A DNA stretch of 64,000 nucleotides, taken from positions 1-64,000 of the IMG/VR virus record IMGVR_UViG_3300034200_001454. One strand, written 5' to 3'. Positions 55,124 through 64,000 of this stretch are shown here, one piece after another. This DNA is from a virus. The translations under genes were made by a program, and so were the position numbers. The notes beneath the pieces were generated by a model that ran no database searches, was not told the DNA's origin, and worked only from the letters and a program-made list of their open reading frames with translations. Numbering within the stretch: the stretch's first letter is position 1; every line of letters begins with the position of its first letter.

Positions 55124-55447
55124 CTATTTTTCGTTCATGTCCCAGAAATACTCGCAGCCTTCTTCCGTATAAGGCGGCGTTGCAAAATAACTTTGGAAGC
55201 GATTAGCGGGCGCCATGTAACGCCAGCAATCTTCTTTGATAGGACATTCGTTGCCCTTACACATTGCAATATCAGGCATGAGAATAGTTCGTGCAGTTTG
55301 ATAAAGGAAAGTGCGATCAGCCAGAGGATGTTCAGCAATAGCGTGGAGAACAGCAGCAATACGACGGTCACTGCTAAGCGTATCGTCAGGAAAGCTCCAG
55401 AATGCTTCATGGCAGGCATTAATCAGCGTCCGTCTGTTCGTCAACAT
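55124..55447 (-). CDS. hypothetical protein with Cys-rich C-terminal domain
   Basis: PDIAMC.G..CP.K..CWRY...QSYF...CEYFW. Confidence 0.7.
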   Translation of the reverse strand: MLTNRRTLINACHEAFWSFPDDTLSSDRRIAAVLHAIAEHPLADRTFLYQTARTILMPDIAMCKGNECPIKEDCWRYMAPANRFQSYFATPPYTEEGCEYFWDMNEK

Positions 55448-55670
55448 TTTTCAGCAAATCTGCAAACTCTTCTGCTTGTGCATTGAAAGCATCAACAATA
55501 AGAGAACGTGAATAGCCACAGCCCGTTAAATAACAAGTAAAGTCCTCGACAACTTCGTATATAGTTGCCTTGTAGCTAACCACTTCAATCTCAAAACTTG
55601 GATCGCCATGGCGATTGGTAATTGAATGTTTCCATGAATGTTTCCATGGAGAAAGGGAGGAATCGTTCAT
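55419..55670 (-). CDS. hypothetical protein
   Basis: F..YL.GCGY motif, 83 aa. Confidence 0.65.
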   Translation of the reverse strand: MNDSSLSPWKHSWKHSITNRHGDPSFEIEVVSYKATIYEVVEDFTCYLTGCGYSRSLIVDAFNAQAEEFADLLKNVDEQTDAD

Positions 55671-55798
55671 GGTAGAACTAAGCTTGCAAGGAGCAAAATG
55701 AGCAAGGCCAGTGCCGTAGAGGCAACGGCAATTAATAGAAACAAGCCCAGCGGATCATCAGCCAAAAAGCTTGGGAGGAAGGCAATCAATTGGGGCAT
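55667..55798 (-). CDS. small membrane protein (43 aa, absent from the ORF track)
   Basis: MPQLIAFLPSFLADDPLGLFLLIAVASTALALLILLLASLVLP; ATGA overlap with the next gene. Confidence 0.55.
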   Translation of the reverse strand: MPQLIAFLPSFLADDPLGLFLLIAVASTALALLILLLASLVLP

Positions 55799-55858
55799 GA
55801 TCTTCATCAAGGCAAATAGTTCCAGCGAAGGCCCGTGCAAAACGGGCCGCCGCTAGAT

Positions 55859-56821
55859 CTATGGCTTTTTTGCAACAAAAGCCTTCATGGCTTCCACCAT
55901 TGCTTCTGTTGTATCACAAGCACGCACCAAGTCAATTTCCTTGGTCATTTCTGCTTTAGTGATAACAAGCTGTTCTTCCTTCGCCCATACGGTCATCATG
56001 GCTGCTGCCACATTGCCGAATTGTTGCCAAGTCTTCACTTCAGTGGCACGGGAGAGGCCAATGGCCTCTAGAGCAGCCTTGCCAAGCGCCATGCTTGCTT
56101 TCTCATCGGCATAGCCAAATGGATTGGCCTTGCAAATGGTGGTTAGAGCAGTTTTGGCATCAAATGCTTCATCACTGGCCCCTGTTGCAGCGGCGGGAGC
56201 ATTCCCTCCTTCTCCAGCAGGCTCAGAAGGAGCTTTAGTTCCCGTTGGCGCCTTGCTTGTCCGCGCTGCTTGCTTCGGAGCCTCCTGTTGGAGCGGGAGT
56301 TTGGCCTGTCCTTTTTCATCTTCTTTGGGGATGTCCTCTCCTGCATAGAGACGCAGGCCAAGGCCGGTGAAGGTGGCAATAGCCTTTACAGCAGCACGCT
56401 GGCAGTTGTCAGAAATGGCACGACCATCAAGCTCCTTGATGGAATTGTGCTTCCTGTCCATGATCGGGAAGATCAAAGCAACAGTACGACGGCAGCCATC
56501 AGTGAGGTAGGGACGGAGATAGTAAGCGCCTGGCGTGCCAAACACCACTTCTCCAATGGTCTTCTCTTCAAAGGCCACAAAATAAGTGGGGAAATGCTCC
56601 TTCAGATAGCGATAGGCAAAAGGCCAGGACAAATAGGACAAGCCTTTGTAGTCCTTCTCGATGTGAGGACCAATATCAGGCGTGTCGTAAGCAGCCTTAA
56701 AAGCTTCAGCACTAATCTCCAGCGGAGAGAAGATGCCGTTATAACGATCCATTGTGGCTTGCTTGGCAGGGTCCATGGAAGAAAAATCAGACGGGGAATA
56801 AAGCATAAATGAATGGTTCAT
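55859..56821 (-). CDS. Sak/DUF1071 (Rad52-like) single-strand annealing protein
   Basis: LSYLSW..A, PIMD.K, I....QRA.VKAIA..GLGL.LYAGEDIP. Confidence 0.88.
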   Translation of the reverse strand: MNHSFMLYSPSDFSSMDPAKQATMDRYNGIFSPLEISAEAFKAAYDTPDIGPHIEKDYKGLSYLSWPFAYRYLKEHFPTYFVAFEEKTIGEVVFGTPGAYYLRPYLTDGCRRTVALIFPIMDRKHNSIKELDGRAISDNCQRAAVKAIATFTGLGLRLYAGEDIPKEDEKGQAKLPLQQEAPKQAARTSKAPTGTKAPSEPAGEGGNAPAAATGASDEAFDAKTALTTICKANPFGYADEKASMALGKAALEAIGLSRATEVKTWQQFGNVAAAMMTVWAKEEQLVITKAEMTKEIDLVRACDTTEAMVEAMKAFVAKKP

Positions 56822-57081
56822 TGCTTGGAATGAGGAATGCTCATGTATTCGCCATACATGATTACGAAATCAACTGTCATTTCAGAGCCTTCATTCTTGG
56901 TGACGATGCTCTTACCAGGAAGAGGCCAATCGGCGATTGCACGAATGTCAGTGGGAAGTTCGTAATACTTAAAATTGAAGCCGTCATCAATGACGCCTTG
57001 CTCCCATAGGAGCTTCACTTCCTGATCGCCGTGCTCAAGGATAAATTCCTCGCAGGCAAGTTTAAGCTGAGAAACTTTCAT
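56818..57081 (-). CDS. hypothetical protein
   Basis: MKVSQL...EHGDQEV. Confidence 0.65.
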   Translation of the reverse strand: MKVSQLKLACEEFILEHGDQEVKLLWEQGVIDDGFNFKYYELPTDIRAIADWPLPGKSIVTKNEGSEMTVDFVIMYGEYMSIPHSKQ

Positions 57082-57084
57082 TGA

Positions 57085-57330
57085 TCAGTCGTTGTTGTAA
57101 AACAGGACGGCATAGGCAGATTCTTTTTCGTCTACCTCTTGCTCTTCAATTGGCGTGCCGGGCAGGCCAGCATGCGGGCTGTTCATGATGCGCAAACCAA
57201 TAATTTTGTACAAACTTGCAATACCGTTGATGTCGCCGGCATCGTAAGTGCCTAGCGCTCCAATTTCAATGTCACCATATTTAATGATTGCTTTTTCAAG
57301 CTGCCTCATTAAGTCAGAAAGCTTCATCAT
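57085..57330 (-). CDS. hypothetical protein
   Basis: MMKLSDL...KYGDIEI; N-terminus resembles the neighbouring gene. Confidence 0.6.
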   Translation of the reverse strand: MMKLSDLMRQLEKAIIKYGDIEIGALGTYDAGDINGIASLYKIIGLRIMNSPHAGLPGTPIEEQEVDEKESAYAVLFYNND

Positions 57331-57556
57331 GTTCTGGGGAGTCAATGGAAGATGTGGAATAGTCTTCAATGAGATCAAAGGCACCGTTGGCAAGAGTGGC
57401 ACTGCCCTCCCAAATTGGCGTGGAACGAACAAGGCGTTCTAGGGTTTCGCTGAGGCTCAATCGAGCTTCATGGGCGATGTTGCCAAGATGGGCGTAGGCA
57501 GTGTCAGTTAAGCTGAAATGCCGGCCCTTTTTCAGCTCTTTGTTACCGTTTGTCAT
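57314..57556 (-). CDS. ribbon-helix-helix DNA-binding protein
   Basis: RHFSLTDTAYAHL..IA.EARLSLSETLERLVR. Confidence 0.7.
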   Translation of the reverse strand: MTNGNKELKKGRHFSLTDTAYAHLGNIAHEARLSLSETLERLVRSTPIWEGSATLANGAFDLIEDYSTSSIDSPEHDEAF

Positions 57557-57788
57557 AAAACAGGGGGGCAAGCAGGTAGCCAATTGAAAAGCCGATAAGG
57601 CCGGCTAGCCAGAGTTCCATGAACAAGAGGCATCGGGAACATGGCCAGACTAGCCATAGTTTTGAGCCCTGCCAACCACCTAAGCCATTGCTTTCACTGA
57701 TGGTTTGTTTCGCTTTGTATTGCTTTGGCTTATAGGGCTGCTGCTTCTTGATTTCCTTGCTACAACGGGAGCGATTCCACCACTTTCC

Positions 57789-60700
57789 ATGGCATTCTCC
57801 ATCCTGGACCACATTGAGAAGCTTGAACCAAGTGATCATCCAGGAAAATATATCTGCCCGGCATGCGGCGGCAATGATCTTTCTATCAATGAAAGCAATG
57901 GTGCCTATAACTGTTTCAATGATGATTCAGCCAAACATCGTGCTGAAATTCGTAACATTCTTGCACCATTAGATCGCTGGGAACGCCCTCTTCGTGATGC
58001 ACGTTCCTACACTTTCTCCTACAAAAATAAGCAAGGCGAAACCACGATCAACGTGCATCGTGATGATGCCAGTGGTAAGAAAACAATTCGCCAAGCCTAT
58101 CCTTCAGTACCACAAGGCACGCATCAACGCAAGGCGTACATTGATGAAATAAGAACTACTGTTCTCCCCTATCGCTACGACGAAGCCCTCACTGCTTGTC
58201 AAGTGACGGGACTTCCCATCTTCATTGTTGAAGGCGAACTCACTTGCGACAGGCTCTGGGAAATTGGCCTGCCCTCTGTCACCTTCCTTGGTGGCAGCGG
58301 ACAATATCGTGCTAACGGCGACTATTCGCTGTTGTTTCGCGGCAAGAAAATTGTCCTATGTCCTGATCGCGATGAGCCCGGCATTGCTCTCATGCGAGAA
58401 GTGGCTTCAGATAATCCTGGAGCGCAATGGCTTTATGCCGACCCTGATAATTTTGAATGGGATAGTCTTCCTCAAAATGGCGGCTACGACTTAGCTGACT
58501 GGCTGGACGATGGTGCAGATCAAGAGCTGATTCTCTCCTCCATCGTTTCTAAGGATCGCCATGAAGGTAAAGATGGTCTTCCTTCCTACGAGGAAATCAT
58601 CGGCAGCTTCGAGCGAATGGTCGGCCTTTATGACAATGATGCTCGTGTGGCTTTTCAGGCAGCGCAATGGCTAGAAGCTCATGGCGTGAAGATGAGCCAA
58701 GCCAATATCGACAAGATGATCGACGAGGCGAAGTCTCGTTTGTTTGGCAAGGAAGAAATAGAAACCATTGACGTGCTGCAGCTCATTGATGATGATTCTG
58801 TTCGTGAATGGCTGATTGCTGGCATCGTTCCTCTTGGTAGTGTCACGCTTCTTGCTGCTCAAGGCGGCACTGGTAAAGCTCAGAGCCTGGACAGCAAGAT
58901 TCTCACCCCCGATGGCTGGACAACCATGGGAGAGCTTCACGTGGGCAGTAAGGTCATTGCAATGGATGGGACGGTGGCGAAGGTCACGGGAGTCTTTCCA
59001 CAGGGCGTCAAGCCTCTTTATCGGGTCACTATGAGCGATGGCAGTTCTACCATTTGCTGCGACGAGCATCTGTGGCTCACAAAAACCGAGAACGAGCGCA
59101 ATCTTAAACGCTCATGGAATATCAGGTCTCTTTCGGAAATTCGCTCTTCAATTCGTCGCGGTAATTCCGATAAGCGGAATCACTCAATTCCCACGGTTGG
59201 TCCTGTTCAATTTGAGAAAAAGGATCTTCCCATTCACCCCTATTTACTTGGCGTGATTCTTGGTGACGGAAATATTTCCAGCAATTCTTGCTCTGTAACT
59301 CTTTCGGATGATGAAATTGTTTATCGCATTCAAAAACTGCTTCCTCGTTATCACGATTTGAAGGTTCAAGAGAAAGCGAAAAAATGCACTACTTATGCGA
59401 TTCGCCAAAACTGCTCGACTGCCATCTCGCCTGGTATTCGCGATATGTTGCGCGAAATGGGTTTGTGGGGCAAGCGCTCTTGGGAAAAGCACGTTCCACA
59501 AGAGTATCTTTTTTCCTCCGTTCAAGATCGCATGGACCTGTTACATGGCTTGATGGATACTGATGGAACCACAGGCGGCAGCCATACAACATTCGATTCT
59601 GCATCTAAAGACTTGGCGGAAGCTGTTCAATTCTTGGTTCTTTCCATTGGCGGCAAGGCAAAGCTCACTCAACGCCGCACTTTCTTCACTTATCTAGGAC
59701 AGAAGAAACAAGGACGGATTAGTTATCGTGTTTTCATCTCAATGCCTTCTGGTTTTAAAAGCTTTAGTATTTCAGCCAAGGCAAGCAAGGAAACGCCGCG
59801 CACCAAGTATTTACCCTCTCGCTTAATTGAATCAGTTGAATACATCGGAGATGGAGAAGCACAGTGCATCATGATTGACCATCCTTCGCATGCTTATGTA
59901 ACTGACGATTTTATTGTTACGCACAACACCAGCTTGGTTTACAACTGGGCGCTAGGCGTTGCCACTGGCTCTTCGTGGTCTGGACGCCGCTGTCTCCCCG
60001 GCAAGTGCCTTCTCATCTCTGCTGACGAGCCACTGTCAGACACCAAAGAGAAGCTTTCCATCATTGGTTATCAAGAAGCCAACATTCAACCTGGCATGAT
60101 TTCCTTCTGGGAAACCTGGCGCTTTGCTCATATGCAACAGCTTGAGCGTTTCATTAAAAAGCACCGCCCAGTGTTTGTCGTCATTGACTCGCTCACTGCA
60201 TGTTTCGCTGGCATGAACGTTGATCTCATCAAGAGCAATGCGGGCGATTCTCTCTATGCATTGCGCGACATGGCCAATGTTTACAAATGCTCCATCGTCA
60301 TTCTTCACCACTTAAACCGTCAAGGCGGACTTCGTGATAGCTCTAGCTTTGTTGACAATGTGAGTGAAGTGGTGAAGCTCTATCGCCAAGAGGGCAACTT
60401 TGATCAAAACCAGTTTGTTCTGGAATGGGTGAAGAGCCGCAGTGGCCTAGCTGGCAAGCACGTTCTAAAACGGAATGCCGTGAACTATGGATGGGACTAT
60501 GCTGGTCCGCTTGGTAATTCCATTGCTGAACTTGATCGCGTGGCAAACTATGTGAACATGCGTCCGCATGAGCGTTTCAGCAAGCAGCAGGTTTCGCTGG
60601 GCGCTGGCATGAATGAAAATGTCACTACTGGCAAGCTGCTAGAAATGGCCCGTCGTCAAGGGCTTATTACTAGCAGCTTCATCGTTGGCCCTCACGATGA

Positions 60701-60875
60701 ACGCACACGCATGTACCACTCATGGGACTACCAAGGCCCCGATCTGAATTTTAGTTCTCCCAATGAAGAGCAGAATATTGTTCCCGATAAGGAAGAGCTA
60801 CCAATTATTCCACCTGTTTCCATTGTTTCCAATGAAAATCTTCCCGAAAAGGAAGATCAGGAGGATTGGTTTTAG
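57789..60875 (+). CDS. primase-helicase (Zn finger, TOPRIM, RecA-like helicase) containing an intein
   Basis: CPACGG, IVEGE, CPDRDEPG, Walker A GGTGK/T split by the intein, VVIDSL, ILHH. Confidence 0.9.
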   Translation: MAFSILDHIEKLEPSDHPGKYICPACGGNDLSINESNGAYNCFNDDSAKHRAEIRNILAPLDRWERPLRDARSYTFSYKNKQGETTINVHRDDASGKKTIRQAYPSVPQGTHQRKAYIDEIRTTVLPYRYDEALTACQVTGLPIFIVEGELTCDRLWEIGLPSVTFLGGSGQYRANGDYSLLFRGKKIVLCPDRDEPGIALMREVASDNPGAQWLYADPDNFEWDSLPQNGGYDLADWLDDGADQELILSSIVSKDRHEGKDGLPSYEEIIGSFERMVGLYDNDARVAFQAAQWLEAHGVKMSQANIDKMIDEAKSRLFGKEEIETIDVLQLIDDDSVREWLIAGIVPLGSVTLLAAQGGTGKAQSLDSKILTPDGWTTMGELHVGSKVIAMDGTVAKVTGVFPQGVKPLYRVTMSDGSSTICCDEHLWLTKTENERNLKRSWNIRSLSEIRSSIRRGNSDKRNHSIPTVGPVQFEKKDLPIHPYLLGVILGDGNISSNSCSVTLSDDEIVYRIQKLLPRYHDLKVQEKAKKCTTYAIRQNCSTAISPGIRDMLREMGLWGKRSWEKHVPQEYLFSSVQDRMDLLHGLMDTDGTTGGSHTTFDSASKDLAEAVQFLVLSIGGKAKLTQRRTFFTYLGQKKQGRISYRVFISMPSGFKSFSISAKASKETPRTKYLPSRLIESVEYIGDGEAQCIMIDHPSHAYVTDDFIVTHNTSLVYNWALGVATGSSWSGRRCLPGKCLLISADEPLSDTKEKLSIIGYQEANIQPGMISFWETWRFAHMQQLERFIKKHRPVFVVIDSLTACFAGMNVDLIKSNAGDSLYALRDMANVYKCSIVILHHLNRQGGLRDSSSFVDNVSEVVKLYRQEGNFDQNQFVLEWVKSRSGLAGKHVLKRNAVNYGWDYAGPLGNSIAELDRVANYVNMRPHERFSKQQVSLGAGMNENVTTGKLLEMARRQGLITSSFIVGPHDERTRMYHSWDYQGPDLNFSSPNEEQNIVPDKEELPIIPPVSIVSNENLPEKEDQEDWF
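58878..59927 (+). mobile_element. class 3 intein (350 aa) with LAGLIDADG endonuclease
   Basis: starts AQSLDSKILTPDG, block B CCDEHLW, LLGVILGDG and LLHGLMDTDG, block F AQCIMID, ends VTHN followed by T. Confidence 0.92.
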
Positions 60876-60899
60876 TATGCATTAATTCGCTTAAAAAGC

Positions 60900-61646
60900 A
60901 TGAAAACAATTGCAGTTTGGTTTTCTTGCGGCGCAGCTAGCGCTGTCGCCGCTTATAAGACCATTGAAAAATACGGACACTCTCATCAAGTGCGCGTCAT
61001 CAATAACCCAGTAGCGGAAGAGGATCCCGATAATCGTCGCTTTCTTCTTGACGTAGAAAAATGGCTAGGGCATCCAATTGAATTTGCTACCAATGCAAAA
61101 TATCCATCTTGCTCTTGTGTTGATGTCTGGGCGGACCGTAAATTCATGAGTGGCCCCACTGGAGCGCCTTGCACTATGGAGTTAAAAAAGAAAGCTAGGC
61201 AGCAATGGGAAAAAGAAAATCATGCTGATTGGCATGTTTTGGGTTTTACTTATGACGAGAAAAATAGGCACGAACGATTTGTATTGACAGAGCGTGAAAA
61301 CGTGCTGCCAGTGCTAATTGACGAAAGGATTACGAAAAGAGAATGCTTTGAAATCATTTCTGCCGCTGGTATTGCACTGCCCTCTATCTACTTGCGTGGT
61401 TATCCAAATGCAAATTGCATTGGCTGCGTTAAGGCAACTTCGGCTACTTACTGGAATCACGTTAGGCAGCAGGATCCAGAAGTGTTTCAGCAAAGGGCTG
61501 AGCAATCAAGGCAAATTGGATGCAAGCTTGTGCGATGGAAGGGCAAAAGGATGTTTCTTGACGAACTGCCAGTTGAGGCTAAAGGTAGAAAGATGAAAAA
61601 TATGGATTTTGAATGTGGTATCTTTTGCGAGGAACGTACCTTTTGA
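60900..61646 (+). CDS. PAPS-reductase-like adenine nucleotide alpha-hydrolase
   Basis: WFSCGAASAVAA PP-loop variant, CTMELK, GFT.DE, GYPNANCIGCVKA, CGIFCE. Confidence 0.75.
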   Translation: MKTIAVWFSCGAASAVAAYKTIEKYGHSHQVRVINNPVAEEDPDNRRFLLDVEKWLGHPIEFATNAKYPSCSCVDVWADRKFMSGPTGAPCTMELKKKARQQWEKENHADWHVLGFTYDEKNRHERFVLTERENVLPVLIDERITKRECFEIISAAGIALPSIYLRGYPNANCIGCVKATSATYWNHVRQQDPEVFQQRAEQSRQIGCKLVRWKGKRMFLDELPVEAKGRKMKNMDFECGIFCEERTF

Positions 61647-61755
61647 TGCAATAGTAGGGAGGCTCTATTGCACAGCCTCCCCGCTGCTTACCGTAGCGAG
61701 CAGCTTTCAATAGTTTAGCTTTTTTAGTACGATGGAGGAAAGAAGATCTTGAGCC

Positions 61756-61893
61756 ATGAAAATCATTTGGGACAACAGTGAGAGCGCGGCGCCTGTAGCG
61801 CCGCTTGTGCTTACGACGGAAGCCGAAATTGAACGATTCTTCGCTGAGATGAAAGCAGAGATCGCGGCAGAAGAAGACGAAAACGAAGAATGA
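61756..61893 (+). CDS. small acidic protein (45 aa, absent from the ORF track)
   Basis: MKIIWDNSESAAPVAPLVLTTEAEIERFFAEMKAEIAAEEDENEE followed by a terminator. Confidence 0.55.
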   Translation: MKIIWDNSESAAPVAPLVLTTEAEIERFFAEMKAEIAAEEDENEE

Positions 61894-61923
61894 AAAAGGC
61901 GGCCCTTGAGCCGCCTTTCTTTT
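61894..61923. terminator. bidirectional intrinsic terminator
   Basis: AAAGGCGGC-CCTTGA-GCCGCCTTT between convergent genes. Confidence 0.8.
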
Positions 61924-61933
61924 GCCTTGTTGA

Positions 61934-62728
61934 TTATTGAAGGAGTTGTTTCAAGAAAAACTCCTTAGATATTGGTTTCGTCCCGATAAACATTTGTTTG
62001 CTACGAAAATTTGTACTGGTAATAAGAAAAAGTTTTGGCTCTCCAAAATCTAGGTAAACTTTCTTTTTGGCGCTTAGCCATGTTTTGCACGGCCATTTCC
62101 AATGAAAGTGCATCGAGTGCTGCTGCCTTTGACGAATCCATGCTTCGTATGCATCTTGCTTCTTTTTCACTTGATAATGATTTCTCCATTTTTCCATTGC
62201 TGCTTCATATGCCCGACTTGCTGCTTCGGGATCCTCCAGCAGTTCTATTAGCCCGCCAAATTTAGACCGACACGGCGGATCAGGTGGGAACAATTGCCAT
62301 TCTGGCTTTTTCTTTTCATGCATGTATTCATGCCGCCACTCCATTGGGATTATCGGAAAAAGATTGTCCTTGAATTTTTCCGCATTAACTATCCAAAGCA
62401 TTCGCCCATAAAATTCTTCCCTCTTGTGAATTACTCCAGAGCTTAAAGACGAGTTTTGAAGCTCAATGACGCCACTGGGAGTTTTAACATCGGCACGGTG
62501 GTTGCCAATAGTCACTTCTTGCCATGCTGCTGGAAACTGTTGCTTCCATCGAATATGCCATTCGGATTCAGGCTCATACCAAGGATCGCAATCGCATTTT
62601 TTGTGAGCCCAATGCCAAGAAACAATCTCTCCGCATTTTGCAATAACCTCGCCACCGCAAGTGGGGCAAACGCCTTTTGCAGAGGGTTTGGCAAGTTCTT
62701 TTTGTCCGTCGATAGAAGCCCAAAGCAT
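61934..62728 (-). CDS. CoiA-like nuclease
   Basis: CPTCG..V.AKCG....HWAH, ESEWH..WK, HRADV, VIELQ.S, REEFY..MLWIVN. Confidence 0.85.
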   Translation of the reverse strand: MLWASIDGQKELAKPSAKGVCPTCGGEVIAKCGEIVSWHWAHKKCDCDPWYEPESEWHIRWKQQFPAAWQEVTIGNHRADVKTPSGVIELQNSSLSSGVIHKREEFYGRMLWIVNAEKFKDNLFPIIPMEWRHEYMHEKKKPEWQLFPPDPPCRSKFGGLIELLEDPEAASRAYEAAMEKWRNHYQVKKKQDAYEAWIRQRQQHSMHFHWKWPCKTWLSAKKKVYLDFGEPKLFLITSTNFRSKQMFIGTKPISKEFFLKQLLQ

Positions 62729-62739
62729 TGTCTTTTCTC

Positions 62740-62898
62740 CTATTTGGACGCGCGTTTTCCGTTGAACTGGCGCCGCTCAATAGCTTTGCGTGTGCGCTCA
62801 GTGTCCTTGTCTTTGCCGTAGAGCCAGGCGTCCATGCTTTGCCCAGGCTTGGGTCCGTTGGGAGGCAGCTTAATCACTTTGAAATTGGAAGTGTCCAT
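62740..62898 (-). CDS. small basic hypothetical protein
   Basis: MDTSNFKVIKLPPNGPKPGQS... Confidence 0.55.
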   Translation of the reverse strand: MDTSNFKVIKLPPNGPKPGQSMDAWLYGKDKDTERTRKAIERRQFNGKRASK

Positions 62899-62903
62899 GA
62901 TTA

Positions 62904-63152
62904 TCAAAAGGCTTGACGAGGTGTGCGTAGCAGGCGCGGATCGCTGTGTTTGTTGTACTTGTGGTGCACTACCCATTCCTGCATTGCGAAAGAATCAGTT
63001 TCATGCTTCATGAACCATTCCTGTAGCCATTGGCGATCATGGCCGTTTGCTGCGAGCCATTCGTCAGTAAATGCCGGATTGGCTGCTCCTAAGTCCTGCG
63101 ATGAATCGGAGAAGAGCGGGTGTCCCATAGAGAGGATGGAGAACAAGGTCAT
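62904..63152 (-). CDS. hypothetical protein
   Basis: 82-aa ORF, start uncertain. Confidence 0.45.
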   Translation of the reverse strand: MTLFSILSMGHPLFSDSSQDLGAANPAFTDEWLAANGHDRQWLQEWFMKHETDSFAMQEWVVHHKYNKHSDPRLLRTPRQAF

Positions 63153-63316
63153 ACTGGAGCCGAACGCGGCATCTCGGGGAAAGCATTGTGCCAGTAAGAA
63201 AAGCTGCCCAACCCCGTATTGACTTTTGCCAAAATCCCTTTACCCTAAAGCCAGACAAGCCTTGCTTCACCAGCAAGAGCTTCACCGTTGCCTCACTACG
63301 CTCAGGCATGGCCACC

Positions 63317-63457
63317 AGCCAGAGCGGAGCCCCCCACGGGCGGAGCGTTCAGTCCAGCGGGCCAAGATTCCCTACAAAGAACAAAAGCCTGCACAAGACC
63401 AAACACTCCTGCAATGCCGCTCTAGCCAGAGTGGAGCCCCCACGGGCGAAACGTTCA
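63317..63457. repeat. two imperfect 34-35 bp direct repeats
   Basis: AGCCAGAGCGGAGCCCCCCACGGGCGGAGCGTTCA (63317-63351) and AGCCAGAGTGGAGCCCCCACGGGCGAAACGTTCA (63424-63457). Confidence 0.9.
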
Positions 63458-63526
63458 AGACACAAGGCAATAAAGCCTTCATTGAACAAACAAGCTATTA
63501 GCATTCTCAAGGAATTTTCCTGAACA

Positions 63527-63766
63527 ATGCTTAACGCTCCACGAGTAGTTGATCACTTGCCTCTGCTTGAACATAACGGCACTGAAATTTTGCCTATTGT
63601 TCACTATGGTTTTTCTTCTCCCAAGAAAGGGCCGCAACCAGCGGCCCGTACGCTTTACGGAGCACGTGATAACAATGGAGAGCGCCATTGGCGCTCTAGC
63701 CTGCATGAAATTGAAAAGCTAATTGATAGCGGCTTTACCATTGAACAGGAGGAGAACGATGCCTGA
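63527..63766 (+). CDS. hypothetical protein
   Basis: 79-aa ORF overlapping the next start. Confidence 0.6.
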   Translation: MLNAPRVVDHLPLLEHNGTEILPIVHYGFSSPKKGPQPAARTLYGARDNNGERHWRSSLHEIEKLIDSGFTIEQEENDA

Positions 63767-63989
63767 GACAATCAAGAACGAATATTGCGACAGTCCTAAA
63801 TCTTGCATGGCCGTAGCTTATCGTCGTGAAACTGGTGATGAGCTATTACAAGCAGGATTGGATGCTGCCTATGCGGAAATTATTAGCTCCTTCCATGGAG
63901 AAATGGAGGAGTTTGTAAGGAAGTATTGCCCTAAACGCTTGGTAGAGCTAGATGCCTTGATGGATCAAGCCTTTTGGCAGTATCATTGA
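63759..63989 (+). CDS. hypothetical protein
   Basis: SD AGGAG before the ATG at 63759. Confidence 0.6.
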   Translation: MPETIKNEYCDSPKSCMAVAYRRETGDELLQAGLDAAYAEIISSFHGEMEEFVRKYCPKRLVELDALMDQAFWQYH

Positions 63990-64000
63990 TTTTCTAGAAC

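Noticed and set aside
61641-61681. Stop-codon readthrough or selenocysteine at the TGA followed by RNA structure
   Set aside because: The protein ends at a natural-looking CGIFCE tail, and the readthrough frame closes after about 23 codons with no motif
63188-63523. ORFs 63188..63523 and 63226..63501
   Set aside because: Low-information translations spanning repeats that differ by a frameshifting indel

Overview
This 64-kb window is most of the genome of a long-tailed dsDNA phage (siphovirus-like), very probably a freshwater picocyanobacterial cyanophage. The host inference rests on a cyanophage-type class I RNR, a glutamine-II riboswitch with a DUF4278-like peptide, cyanobacterial-type ThyX and Dcd, and an NblA-like gene. 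Gene order: RNR alpha and beta split by a LAGLIDADG gene; an RNA-rich island (two tRNAs, two unassigned structured RNAs, the riboswitch); an inverted terminase; portal and MuF; a 7-gene glycosylation cassette inside the head module; DUF2213 protease/scaffold, cement protein and DUF2184 capsid; tail, tape measure and fibres; small accessory genes; lysis; nucleotide metabolism and recombination; an intein-containing primase-helicase; a PAPS-reductase-like gene. Main observations not shown by the ORF track: (1) a complete -1 frameshift signal (internal SD, A_AAA_AAG, hairpin) in the head region, in addition to the classic tail-chaperone frameshift; (2) a recurring [R/K]-x-D motif at head-protein termini and domain junctions, suggesting protease-released capsid cargo; (3) a covarying bulged-C leader hairpin present three times, in front of two HNH genes and an accessory cluster; (4) promoter-driven structured RNAs abutting tRNAs; (5) an Ala-start class 3 intein. 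No integrase, DNA polymerase, reverse transcriptase or CRISPR array was seen. Family assignments come from motif recognition by eye, not from database searches.
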